From positions 807 to 64,806 of the forward strand of contig CAMEJH010000003.1 of NCBI GenBank assembly GCA_945919455.1: 64,000 nucleotides of DNA, in the 5' to 3' direction. The translations under genes were made by a program, and so were the position numbers. Shown piece after piece: positions 1 through 9,074 of this stretch (position 1 is its first letter; each line of letters begins with the position of its first letter). The notes under the pieces were generated by a model. That model worked only from the letters and a program-made list of their open reading frames with translations, searched no databases and was not told where the DNA came from. The stretch is from an uncultured Clostridium sp. (GTDB lineage: Bacteria > Bacillota > Clostridia > TANB77 > CAG-508).

Positions 1-851
1 TAATAGCAATATTCTTAATAGTTCTAACTATTGTATTAGTAATTATGATATATGAAATATATAGGCAGGTATTATTAGAAAAAGTATATATATCATATTC
101 AAAACAATATGAGCAAATACTAGCTGAAGCACAAATTAAGTTAGAACAACAAAAAGCGGAAGAAGAAAGAATAAAAAAAGAAAGATTGCCTAATTTTACA
201 GAACAAGGTATAGCGAATATGGCTAATTTGTATCATTCAGACACAAAAAGAGTGTTTTTAACATTTGATGATGGACCTTCACAAGCTGTAACAATACCAA
301 TATTAGACACATTAAAACAAGAAAATGTAAAAGCAACATTCTTTTTATTAGGAAGTAGAGTGGATTTATATCCTGATATTGTAAAAAGAGAATATCAAGA
401 AGGACATTATTTAGCTAGTCATGGATATTCACATGTGTATTCTCAAATATATGCTTCTCCACAAAGTGTATTAGATGAATATAATAAAGGAATTTCAGCA
501 ATAAGAAATGCAATTGGGGAACAAGAATATAATCCTCACTTATTTAGATTTCCTGGTGGATTTTCAGGAGGAAAATATGCTTCAATAAAAAGAGAAGCGG
601 CACAGCTATTGTCACAAAACGGAATCACATATGTGGATTGGAATGCTCTAACATCAGATGCAGCAGGTAAAAAAACAACAGAAGAATTCATTGCAGAACT
701 AGAAAAAACAGTGCCAAAACATAATAGTGTTGTAGTTTTAATGCATGATGCTGGAACAAAAAAGGCAACTGCAGAAGCATTGCCAACAATAATTTCATAT
801 TTCAGAGATAGAGGATTTGAATTTGAAAATTTCTATAGTATAATTAAATAA
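1..851 (+). CDS. Polysaccharide/peptidoglycan deacetylase (NodB homology domain), probably 5'-truncated by the window edge
   Basis: ORF 45..851. The same frame stays open back to base 3 and encodes a hydrophobic helix (IAIFLIVLTIVLVI), so the true start probably lies upstream of the window. NodB motifs are FLTFDDGP, HGYSH and LMHD. Confidence 0.8.
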   Translation, partial: IAIFLIVLTIVLVIMIYEIYRQVLLEKVYISYSKQYEQILAEAQIKLEQQKAEEERIKKERLPNFTEQGIANMANLYHSDTKRVFLTFDDGPSQAVTIPILDTLKQENVKATFFLLGSRVDLYPDIVKREYQEGHYLASHGYSHVYSQIYASPQSVLDEYNKGISAIRNAIGEQEYNPHLFRFPGGFSGGKYASIKREAAQLLSQNGITYVDWNALTSDAAGKKTTEEFIAELEKTVPKHNSVVVLMHDAGTKKATAEALPTIISYFRDRGFEFENFYSIIK

Positions 852-916
852 CATAAATTGTTCCCGGTACTTTTTAACATTTTTATAAATTGTAAATTAG
901 TGCCGGTTCTTTTTTT
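852..916. repeat. Dispersed intergenic CCGG-core repeat, tandem pair (inverted orientation relative to the 17895 locus)
   Basis: The reverse complement reads aaaaaaagaaCCGGcactAATTTAC ... aaaaagtaCCGGgaacAATTTAT. It matches the units at 6812, 17895, 57279 and 59496. Confidence 0.6.
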
Positions 917-923
917 ATGTTTT

Positions 924-1961
924 TTATAAATCAAAATTTAAAAATACAAAATTTTTTAATATCAAAAAAGTATAAGTCGCAGAAATACAAGCATGGAGTA
1001 GTTTCCCTAAAATATAAGGTTTTATAGAAAGATCTGTTTTTGAAATAGTACTCCAAACTTGTAATAAAATAGAAATACCACCAAAACCTAAAAGAAAAGA
1101 AGCCATAATTATATTAATAGAAATTTTCTTTTCAGGAATATTACAAATTATATTCAAACCATTAGTAAGTTCTAAAATTCCAGAAATAAAACCAGAAGAA
1201 AAACTTTCAGGAATATTAAAAATACTAAGTAAAGGTTCAACACAATTAGATAAAGTTTCTAATAAATGACTAGTTTGTAAGATAGATATAATTACAGAAA
1301 AGAGTACAACAAAACCGCCAATTAATAAAATAGTGTTAATCGAACTAGTGATGCTAGCTCCTATAATTCCACCCAAATTAGATAAAGTAATATCATTATT
1401 TGAATATTTGAAAGATCCATTTGCATCAGATTTAGAATTATATTTCCAAAATCTAAAAATAATTCCAACTGTAATTGAAGCCAATATGTGTGAAATTAAT
1501 AGCAAAAAACCAATAGTAGAATTACCAAACATAGCAACTCCAACAGTTCCAACAATAAATAAAGGACCTGAATTATTAGTAAAACTTAATAATCTTTCAC
1601 ATTCTTCTTTTGAACAAATATTATTTTCACGAAAATTAGCAGCAATTTTAGCACCCATAGGATAGCCACTAATAATACCCATAATAAATGCAAAACTTCC
1701 TTCACCACGAACATTGAAAATAGGCTTCATAAATCTATTTAATAATTTACCAAGATAATATGTAAAATTAGTATGAGAAAGTAATTCTGTAGCAACGAAA
1801 AAAGGAAATAGAGATGGAACAACAGAATTTGCCCATAAAACAAGTCCATTTTTTGCAGCTAATAAATTGGTTCTAGAAAATATAACAAGACAAGCAGTAA
1901 ACATAATTAAAACAAAAGGTAATATAAGTTGATTTAATTTAAAAATATAAAAACGTTTCAT
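924..1961 (-). CDS. ylbJ: Sporulation integral membrane protein YlbJ (nucleoside-recognition/Gate domain family)
   Basis: 345-aa polytopic protein. The N-terminal signature AAKNGLVLWANSVVPSLFPFFVATELL is typical of YlbJ. A GGAGG-like RBS (ggaggtgtgtt) precedes the ATG on the minus strand. Confidence 0.7.
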   Translation of the reverse strand: MKRFYIFKLNQLILPFVLIMFTACLVIFSRTNLLAAKNGLVLWANSVVPSLFPFFVATELLSHTNFTYYLGKLLNRFMKPIFNVRGEGSFAFIMGIISGYPMGAKIAANFRENNICSKEECERLLSFTNNSGPLFIVGTVGVAMFGNSTIGFLLLISHILASITVGIIFRFWKYNSKSDANGSFKYSNNDITLSNLGGIIGASITSSINTILLIGGFVVLFSVIISILQTSHLLETLSNCVEPLLSIFNIPESFSSGFISGILELTNGLNIICNIPEKKISINIIMASFLLGFGGISILLQVWSTISKTDLSIKPYILGKLLHACISATYTFLILKNFVFLNFDL

Positions 1962-2091
1962 AACACACCTCCGTAAAATATATGAAATAGAATAAAATTT
2001 TAGTATAAAATATTTTATATTGATTAAAACATAGTAAAATCAGTGATTAGAAAAATATTCAAAAAAATCGAACATTTTTTTGAAAAAAGTA

Positions 2092-2120
2092 TTGACAAAA
2101 AATAAAAATGGATATAAAAT
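2092..2120 (+). promoter_or_regulatory. Sigma-A-type promoter candidate (TTGACA-17-TAAAAT)
   Basis: TTGACA at 2092-2097, a 17-nt spacer, then TAAAAT at 2115-2120, about 50 nt upstream of the 2169 ATG. Confidence 0.45.
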
Positions 2121-2168
2121 AAGAACAATAAAACGAACAAGAGTTCAAAAAACAAGGAGGAAATAACA

Positions 2169-2855
2169 ATGAGTATATTTGGAAAAAGAGAAAAAGTAAT
2201 AGCATATACAGTAAATAAAGCAGCAAACAAAGATATGTATATAACTGTACAAAATGGTGAAGTTGTAGTAAATGCACCATGGTATTTTTCATCAAATAAA
2301 ATACAAGAAATAGTTCAAGAAAAGAAAAACTGGATATTAAGTAAAATACAAGAATATGAAGAAAATATTCCAAATATACAATCTGTAAAAATATTTGGAA
2401 AAAACTATGATATAAAAGTAATATATAAAAATGTAAAGTCAACAGAATTAAATATAGAAGCAAATTCAGAAATAAACATAATATTACCAAATAAATATAA
2501 AAAAATAGGAAATGAACAAATATTAAAAATGTCAATTCAAAAAATGTATGAGCAAATAGCAAACAATGAAATTGAAGATATAATGGAAAAAGTTAGAATA
2601 ATGTTAGGCATTGCTCCAGAAGAATATAAAATATCACGAATTCAAAATACATTGGGAAAATGCATAGATGGAAAAACTATCATAATTAATCCTGAATTAA
2701 TGCAATTTAAAAGAGAAATAATAGAATATGTAGTAGCACATGAATTTTGTCATATAAAATATAAAACACATGGAAAAAAATTCTATGAAATAATTGAAAA
2801 AAATATTCCAAACTATAAAAAATATGAAAGAGAAATTCAAAATTACATATACTAA
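2169..2855 (+). CDS. YgjP-like metal-dependent hydrolase (DUF45 / M48-related zincin)
   Basis: C-terminal HExxH context VVAHEFCHIKYKTHGKKFYEIIEKNIPNYKKYE, typical of the DUF45 family. RBS aaggagg lies 7 nt upstream. Confidence 0.7.
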   Translation: MSIFGKREKVIAYTVNKAANKDMYITVQNGEVVVNAPWYFSSNKIQEIVQEKKNWILSKIQEYEENIPNIQSVKIFGKNYDIKVIYKNVKSTELNIEANSEINIILPNKYKKIGNEQILKMSIQKMYEQIANNEIEDIMEKVRIMLGIAPEEYKISRIQNTLGKCIDGKTIIINPELMQFKREIIEYVVAHEFCHIKYKTHGKKFYEIIEKNIPNYKKYEREIQNYIY

Positions 2856-2951
2856 AGAAAAAAGGTATTATCTTTACATAAAGATAATGCTTTTTTTTCA
2901 AAACTAATAGACAATTCTAAGAAAATGTGTTAATATATATAAGTGTAATAT

Positions 2952-3026
2952 TGGGGCATCGCCAAGCGGTAAGGCATCGGACTCTGACTCCGACATTCCT
3001 GTGTTCGAATCACAGTGCCCCAGCCA
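2952..3026 (+). tRNA. tRNA-Gln (anticodon CUG), CCA encoded
   Basis: Cloverleaf read by eye. Acceptor tggggca pairs with tgcccca. D-arm is gccaagcggtaaggc. The anticodon stem tcgga/tccga has loop ctCTGac. T-arm is gtgttcgaatcac. Discriminator G is followed by CCA. Confidence 0.85.
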
Positions 3027-3051
3027 AAAAAGAAAGGAAATGAAGCAAAAA

Positions 3052-4143
3052 ATGAAAATAGGAATAGTAGGGCTACCAAATGTAGGAAAAAGCACAATGT
3101 TTAACAGTATAACAAAAGCAGGAGCAGAATGTGCAAACTATCCATTTTGTACAATTGAACCAAATGTAGGTGTTGTAGCTGTTCCAGACGAAAGAATTGA
3201 CAACTTGGCAAAAATATATAATCCACAAAAAATAACAAAAGCGATAGTAGAATTTGTAGATATAGCTGGATTAGTAAGAGGTGCAAGCAAAGGTGAAGGA
3301 TTAGGAAACAAATTCTTATCACATATACGTGAAGTTGATGCAATAGCTCAAGTTGTAAGATGCTTTGAAGATTCTAATGTAATACATGTAGATGGAAGTG
3401 TAGATCCATTAAGAGATATTGAAACAATAAATTTAGAATTAATATTTGCAGATATGGAAACACTAGATAAAAGATTAGATAAAGCAAAAAAGAATTTAAA
3501 AGCAGACAAAAAATATCAAGCAGAAATAGATTTAATAGAAAAAATAAAAGCAAATCTAGAAAAAGGAATTCCAGTAAGGGCAATCGTTTTTAATGAAGAT
3601 GAACAAGAAATAGTAAAAGAAATGTTTTTATTAACAGCAAAACCTATAATATATATAGCAAATATATCAGAAGCTCAAATTGCAAATGCAGAAAATGAAG
3701 AAATGGTAAAACAAGTAAAAGAATATGCAGCAAAAGAAAATGCAGAAGTAATACCATTATGTGTAAAAATAGAAGAGGAATTATCTGGACTAGAAGAAAA
3801 TGATAAGAAAGAAATGCTAGAAGCATTAGGTCTAGAAGAATCAGGATTAGATAAATTAATAAAGAAAAGTTATGATTTATTAGGATTAATGTCATTTATA
3901 ACAGCTGGAGAACCAGAAGTTAGAGCATGGACAATAAAAAAAGGAACCAAAGCTCCAAAGGCTGCAGGAAAAATTCACTCTGATATAGAAAGAGGATTTA
4001 TAAAAGCCGAAATAGTTTCTTATGATGACTTAATGAGAGAAGGTTCAATGCTTGCTGCAAAAGAAAAAGGACTTGTAAGACAAGAAGGTAAAGAATATAT
4101 TATGCAAGATGGAGATATAGTACTTTTTAAATTTAATGTATAA
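3052..4143 (+). CDS. ychF: Redox-regulated ATPase YchF (Obg-family GTPase)
   Basis: MKIGIVGLPNVGKSTMFN P-loop, a TGS-like C-terminus and a full-length match to the YchF pattern. The track ORF start (3001, GTG) overlaps tRNA-Gln, so the internal ATG at 3052 is preferred (3040 is also possible). Confidence 0.9.
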   Translation: MKIGIVGLPNVGKSTMFNSITKAGAECANYPFCTIEPNVGVVAVPDERIDNLAKIYNPQKITKAIVEFVDIAGLVRGASKGEGLGNKFLSHIREVDAIAQVVRCFEDSNVIHVDGSVDPLRDIETINLELIFADMETLDKRLDKAKKNLKADKKYQAEIDLIEKIKANLEKGIPVRAIVFNEDEQEIVKEMFLLTAKPIIYIANISEAQIANAENEEMVKQVKEYAAKENAEVIPLCVKIEEELSGLEENDKKEMLEALGLEESGLDKLIKKSYDLLGLMSFITAGEPEVRAWTIKKGTKAPKAAGKIHSDIERGFIKAEIVSYDDLMREGSMLAAKEKGLVRQEGKEYIMQDGDIVLFKFNV

Positions 4144-4251
4144 AAAAATAAAAAAATATATAAAAAAACTTGCAATTATATAAAAAATGTAGTATAAATA
4201 TATAGAAGGGATAAAATACTACAGATAAGAAAATAGAAAGAGGTAGAAGAA

Positions 4252-4629
4252 ATGAAGAAAGAAAAATTATTAAAATTAATATTAGTTGCAATTATGGCAG
4301 TTGTATTATTAGGAATGTCAATAAATGTATTTGCAGCAACAACAAATGACGATGTTGATATAATAGATATTACAAACACAATAGGAACAAACACAAATAC
4401 AAATACTGGAAGTGGAACTGGTACTGGTGTAAATTTAAATACTAATACAGGAACAAATTCATTAAATACAAATCTTAATACAAGTACAGTAAACACTAAT
4501 AATAATTACAATACTAATTTGCCTCATACAGGTATAGCTGAAAACACAATGTTAGGAGTAGCATTAACAGTATTAGTAATAATTGCTATATATGCATACA
4601 GAAAAGTTAAATATTATACAAATATATAA
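4252..4629 (+). CDS. Small LPXTG-anchored surface protein with a Thr/Asn-rich low-complexity region
   Basis: Signal peptide MKKEKLLKLILVAIMAVVLLGMSINVFA. TN/TG-rich repeats. C-terminal sorting signal LPHTG plus a hydrophobic stretch plus RKVK. RBS agaggtagaag. Confidence 0.7.
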   Translation: MKKEKLLKLILVAIMAVVLLGMSINVFAATTNDDVDIIDITNTIGTNTNTNTGSGTGTGVNLNTNTGTNSLNTNLNTSTVNTNNNYNTNLPHTGIAENTMLGVALTVLVIIAIYAYRKVKYYTNI

Positions 4630-4644
4630 GAGAAAAGTAAAATA

Positions 4645-4835
4645 AAGGTTATCAACAGAGAAAATTAGTCACAGGCTGAGAACTAATTGTGAAAAACATA
4701 TTTGAAAAACTAACTCTTTAGATTTCTAGCGAACAAACTAGACGTGTAAGATGCGTTAAATCAAATTAAGTAAAAAATGGGATGGAACCGTGTAAAGCAC
4801 TCCTATAGGCATAAAGGTCTATAGGAGTGTTTTTG
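4645..4835 (+). promoter_or_regulatory. T-box leader (threonine specifier) controlling thrS
   Basis: AGAGA-like stem I element (cagagaaaa) and distal GCTGAGA. Candidate specifier ACU followed by A at 4709-4712. T-box core AATGGGATGGAACCGTG at 4776-4792. Terminator cactcctatag/ctataggagtg plus a T-run at 4798-4835, directly upstream of thrS. Confidence 0.75.
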
Positions 4836-4869
4836 TATGGTTTGCATTCGCAAAAAGGGAGGAATTATT

Positions 4870-6804
4870 ATGATTAAAGTAACACTAAAAGATGGAAAAG
4901 TATTAGAGGTAGAAGAAGGGAAAAACGTATTAGAAGTTGCAAAAGAAATAAGTGAAGGATTAGCAAGACAAGCTACATGTGCAGAAGTAAATGGAGAAAT
5001 AAAAGACTTAAGATATGAATTAAAAGAAGACTGCAAATTAAATATACATACATTTGAAAGCAGTGAAGATGGTAAAAAAGCTTATTGGCATACAGCATCT
5101 CATATATTAGCACAAGCAGTAAAAAGACTATATCCAAACACAAAATTAGGAATAGGACCAGCAATAGATAATGGATTTTACTATGATTTTAAAGTAGAAA
5201 AACCACTTACAGAAGAAGACCTAAATAAAATAGAAGAAGAAATGAAAAAAATAATAAAAGAAGACTTATCATTAGAAAGAAGTTCACTACCAAGAGCAGA
5301 AGCTATTAAATTAATGAAAGATAGAAAAGAAGACTATAAAGTTCAATTAATAGAAGAATTACCAGAAGGAGAAGAAATTTCTTTCTACAAACAAGGAGAA
5401 TATATTGATCTTTGTGCAGGACCACATATAGAAAGTACAGGAAAAATAAAAGCAATAAAACTATTATCAACATCAGCTGCTTACTGGAAAGGTAACCAAG
5501 AAAATGACTCAATGCAAAGAGTTTATGGAATAGCATTTCCAAAAGCTAGTTTACTTGAAGAACATTTAAAATTGTTAGAAGAAGCAAAAGAAAGAGATCA
5601 TAGAAAAATAGGAAAAGAATTGGAACTATTTATGACACATGAATTAGTTGGTTCAGGACTTCCAATGTATTTACCAAACGGAGCAAAAATAAGAATGATA
5701 CTAGAAAGATATATAGCAGATAAAGAGGTTGCATTAGGATATAAACATGTATATACACCATCACTTGCAAATGTAGAATTATATAAAACAAGTGGACACT
5801 GGGATCATTATAAAGATGATATGTTCCCACCAATGAAGCTAGACAATGAAGAAATAGTATTAAGACCAATGAACTGCCCACATCATATGTTAATATTCAA
5901 AAATAAGACACGTTCATATAGAGACCTACCAATACGTATTGGAGAACTAGCACATGACTTTAGATATGAAGCAAGTGGAAATGTATGTGGACTAGAAAGA
6001 GTAAGAGAAATGTGTCAAAATGATGCTCATCTTTTTGTAAGACCAGATCAAATAAAAGAAGAAGTTGGAAGAGTTGTAGAATTAATACTATCTGTATATA
6101 AAGACTTTGGATTTAAAGATTATACATTTAGATTATCATTAAGAGATCCAAAAGATAAGAAAAAGTATTTTGATGATGATAAAATGTGGGAAGATGCAGA
6201 AAGTCAATTAAGAGAAATTTTAAAAGAATTAAACTTAAATTTCTACGAAGCAGAAGGAGAAGCAGCTTTCTATGGACCAAAACTAGACGTACAAATAAAA
6301 ACAGCATTAGGACATGATGTAACAATATCAACATGTCAATTAGACTTCTTATTACCACGTAGATTTGAGTTATCATATGTAGGAGAAGACAACAAAGACC
6401 ATACACCAGTTGTAATACACAGAGCAATACTTGGAACATTTGATAGATTTATATCATTCTTAATAGAAGAAACAAAAGGTGCATTCCCAATATGGTTATC
6501 ACCAATACAAGCAAAAATATTACCAATAACAGATTCACAAAATGAATATGCAAATGAATTATTAATCAAATTACAAGCAAAAGGAATAAGAGCAGAAATA
6601 GATGATTCAAACGAAAAAATAGGTTATAAAATCAGAAAAGCTCAACTTGAAAAAGTTCCATATATGTTAGTACTAGGAGCAAAAGAAGTTGAAGCAAATG
6701 CAGTTGCAGTACGTTCAAGAAAAGCAGGAGACATTGGTCAAATGCCAATAGATGAATTTATTGCAAAAATACAAGAAGAAATTGAAACAAAAGCAATAGA
6801 CTAA
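4870..6804 (+). CDS. thrS: Threonine--tRNA ligase
   Basis: TGS N-terminus (MIKVTLKDGKVLEV), an editing domain and class II core motifs (RPMNCPHH, FRYEASG, QNDAHLF). RBS gggagg is upstream of the ATG at 4870. The track start at 4837 would lie inside the T-box terminator. Confidence 0.95.
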   Translation: MIKVTLKDGKVLEVEEGKNVLEVAKEISEGLARQATCAEVNGEIKDLRYELKEDCKLNIHTFESSEDGKKAYWHTASHILAQAVKRLYPNTKLGIGPAIDNGFYYDFKVEKPLTEEDLNKIEEEMKKIIKEDLSLERSSLPRAEAIKLMKDRKEDYKVQLIEELPEGEEISFYKQGEYIDLCAGPHIESTGKIKAIKLLSTSAAYWKGNQENDSMQRVYGIAFPKASLLEEHLKLLEEAKERDHRKIGKELELFMTHELVGSGLPMYLPNGAKIRMILERYIADKEVALGYKHVYTPSLANVELYKTSGHWDHYKDDMFPPMKLDNEEIVLRPMNCPHHMLIFKNKTRSYRDLPIRIGELAHDFRYEASGNVCGLERVREMCQNDAHLFVRPDQIKEEVGRVVELILSVYKDFGFKDYTFRLSLRDPKDKKKYFDDDKMWEDAESQLREILKELNLNFYEAEGEAAFYGPKLDVQIKTALGHDVTISTCQLDFLLPRRFELSYVGEDNKDHTPVVIHRAILGTFDRFISFLIEETKGAFPIWLSPIQAKILPITDSQNEYANELLIKLQAKGIRAEIDDSNEKIGYKIRKAQLEKVPYMLVLGAKEVEANAVAVRSRKAGDIGQMPIDEFIAKIQEEIETKAID

Positions 6805-6811
6805 AAACAGT

Positions 6812-6870
6812 AAATTGGTGCCGGACCTTAAATTGCGAAAAAAACGTAAAAAAAGGCCCGGCACCAATTT
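6812..6870. repeat. Dispersed CCGG-core repeat pair that also forms a long-loop palindrome; probable bidirectional terminator between thrS and the convergent deacetylase gene
   Basis: aaattggtgCCGGaccttAAATTGCg aaaaaaacgt aaaaaaaggcCCGGcaccAATTTAT. Arms aaattggtgccgg (6812-6824) and ccggcaccaattt (6858-6870) are perfectly complementary. Confidence 0.55.
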
Positions 6871-7648
6871 ATTGAATTTCTTCTATAATTTCTTTTCCTG
6901 TCATCTCGCAAGGAACATTAATTCTTTTAACAAAATCTTTATCAAAAGAATTGAAATGATTTATTCCTATATCATAAATTTGAAAATCAATACCATTATT
7001 CTTTAAAGCTCTTACAGTCTCATTTGTATAAGCACCATAGGGATAAGCAAATGCTTTAAAATCTTTTTTTCCTAAATGTTCTTCTATTATTTTATAAGAC
7101 TCAATTACATCATCACGAACTTTTCGTGCAGGAAGTTTATCAAAAAAAACATGTTTTTTACTATGGCTAAATATTTCTACAAGTCCACTATTCTGCATTT
7201 CTAAACATTCATTCCAACCTAAATATTTTATTCCATTAATTTCTTTACCAACTTTATCAGTTACTATAAAAATAGAGGCCTTAATATTATATTTTTGTAA
7301 AATAGGATATATATATTCATAATTACTATAATATCCATCGTCAAAAGTTATTAAAATTGGTTTAGATGGAAGTTCTATTTTTTCTTTAGTTGCGTTATTT
7401 AATTCACTCATTGATAGTACTGTATAACCATTATCAAGAAAAGTTTTAATATTTTCTTCAAAACTTTGTGGTGTATTTATATAACTAAAATTATCAGGAT
7501 CACTATCAGGAACAGTAGTTACGAAATCATGATAAAGTAATATTGGAATTTTAACATCATTTCTTTGATGATATTTATATTGTTTAAAGATAAATAACCC
7601 AGTAATCACTATAATTGCTAAAATAATTATTATAATTAATTTTTTCAT
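6869..7648 (-). CDS. Membrane-anchored polysaccharide deacetylase (NodB domain; IcaB/PgaB-like role plausible)
   Basis: N-terminal TM (MKKLIIIIILAIIVITGLFIF), NodB motif ILITFDDGY and HSKKH. The start at 7648 is preferred over 7717 because of RBS agaggtgat. Confidence 0.75.
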   Translation of the reverse strand: MKKLIIIIILAIIVITGLFIFKQYKYHQRNDVKIPILLYHDFVTTVPDSDPDNFSYINTPQSFEENIKTFLDNGYTVLSMSELNNATKEKIELPSKPILITFDDGYYSNYEYIYPILQKYNIKASIFIVTDKVGKEINGIKYLGWNECLEMQNSGLVEIFSHSKKHVFFDKLPARKVRDDVIESYKIIEEHLGKKDFKAFAYPYGAYTNETVRALKNNGIDFQIYDIGINHFNSFDKDFVKRINVPCEMTGKEIIEEIQ

Positions 7649-7759
7649 CAATTTTAAATCACCTCTATTTATTATATTCATTAAAAAAATTTTTCGACAA
7701 TTATTTACATTTATCACCGTTTTTACACAATTTTCATACGATAATATGAGGTGATGAAA

Positions 7760-9031
7760 ATGTTTTTAATATCAGTTATGTTTGCATTATTATGTTTAAT
7801 ATGTTCAATATTAATAAGTATTAATTGGATTAATGATATTGCTTGTTATTTTGGATATTTTTTAGCAATTTATCTTGTAACATTTATAGCGTTAGTACCA
7901 GGATTTAATTATGTATTTACATTTATAAGCCTATTATTTAATAAAAAGGATAAAAAGGAATGCAAGAAAGAAAAAGATGTAACAGTATTAATACCAGTAT
8001 ATAATGCGAAAAAAACAATAAAAGAAACAATAGAATCAATTCAAAAACAAAAATATTGCGGAAATATTTATATAAACATCATAGATGATGGTTCAACAGA
8101 TGGAACATTAGAACTATTGGAATCAATGGATTTAGATTCTAATATAACTCTGTTAAAATCAGAGAATAAAGGCAAAGCTTTAGCCTTAAATAAAGGTTTA
8201 CAACATGTAGAAACAGAATATACTATAACAGTAGATAGTGACACAGCCCTTCATCCACTAGCAGTAAGAAATATTATGAATAAATTAGTAAATTCTAATA
8301 AAAAAACAGCAGCTACAGCTGGATGCTTATTTGTTAAAAACACTAAAAGAAGTTTTATTACAAAATTACAAGAATGGGATTATACATTAGGAATATTTGG
8401 AGTAAAACTAGTACAAAGTAATTATAATTCAACATTAGTTGCACAAGGTGCATTTAGTGCCTATAAAACAGAAATAATAAGAGAAATTGGTGGATGGGAA
8501 AATTGTGTAGGAGAAGATATTGTTCTAACTTGGCAATTGTTAAGCAAGGGATATGAAACTAATTTTGCAAAAAATGCAATTGCTTTTACAGAAGTTCCTG
8601 AAAAATTAGGTAATTTAGGCAAACAAAGAAGAAGATGGGCAAGAGGTATGATTGAAGCATTCAAAAAAGTAAAAATATATAAATCAAAAAAGATTGACTT
8701 CAAGTCCAAATTCTTAATGAGTCTAAATATATTTTTCCCTTTTATAGATCTTGCTCTCCTTATTTTTGTACCACTTGGATTAATACTATTGGCTTTAGGA
8801 AATCCATTATTAATTGGTTGGATATCTTTACTTGTAATTCCATTAGGAATGTTACTATGCTTATTGATTGAAATTAGAAGAAAAAACATGCTAAGAGAAA
8901 TCGATTGCAAATTAGAAAAAAGAAGTATACTAGCATTTATAGCTTATGTTTTAATATATGCATTTATTTTAGCTCCTTATTGCTTAATTGGATATGTTTC
9001 AGAATTAATAAATAGTAAGAAGGAATGGTAA
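7760..9031 (+). CDS. Family 2 glycosyltransferase, processive beta-glycan synthase type (PgaC/IcaA-like poly-beta-1,6-GlcNAc synthase candidate)
   Basis: N- and C-terminal TM helices flank a GT2 core with IIDDGSTDGT, TVDSDT and the QxxRW motif (QRRRWARG). It is divergent from the deacetylase gene. Start candidates are 7751, 7754 and 7760; RBS gaggtg favours 7760. Confidence 0.8.
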   Translation: MFLISVMFALLCLICSILISINWINDIACYFGYFLAIYLVTFIALVPGFNYVFTFISLLFNKKDKKECKKEKDVTVLIPVYNAKKTIKETIESIQKQKYCGNIYINIIDDGSTDGTLELLESMDLDSNITLLKSENKGKALALNKGLQHVETEYTITVDSDTALHPLAVRNIMNKLVNSNKKTAATAGCLFVKNTKRSFITKLQEWDYTLGIFGVKLVQSNYNSTLVAQGAFSAYKTEIIREIGGWENCVGEDIVLTWQLLSKGYETNFAKNAIAFTEVPEKLGNLGKQRRRWARGMIEAFKKVKIYKSKKIDFKSKFLMSLNIFFPFIDLALLIFVPLGLILLALGNPLLIGWISLLVIPLGMLLCLLIEIRRKNMLREIDCKLEKRSILAFIAYVLIYAFILAPYCLIGYVSELINSKKEW

Positions 9032-9042
9032 ATGCAAATACG

Positions 9043-9069
9043 AGAGGGTTCCTATCTAGGATACCCTCT
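9043..9069. terminator. Hairpin between convergent genes (GT2 and feoB)
   Basis: agagggttcct-atct-aggataccctct forms a stem of about 11 bp with one bulge. The sequence is nearly identical to the hairpin at 51877-51904. Confidence 0.5.
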
Positions 9070-9074
9070 TATAT

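Noticed and set aside
2024-2562. Minus-strand ORFs of 68 and 167 aa rich in Leu/Phe/Tyr
   Set aside because: They are shadow ORFs spanning the promoter and 5' part of the DUF45 hydrolase gene.
3001-3051. GTG-initiated N-terminal extension of ychF given in the ORF track
   Set aside because: It overlaps the 3' half of tRNA-Gln. YchF proteins start at MKIGIVGLPNVGKST, so an internal ATG is used.
4370-4510. Short tandem ACA/AAT/GGA-type repeats that might suggest a microsatellite or repeat array
   Set aside because: They lie in frame inside the LPXTG protein and encode a Thr/Asn/Gly-rich spacer. There is no repeat-spacer periodicity as in CRISPR.
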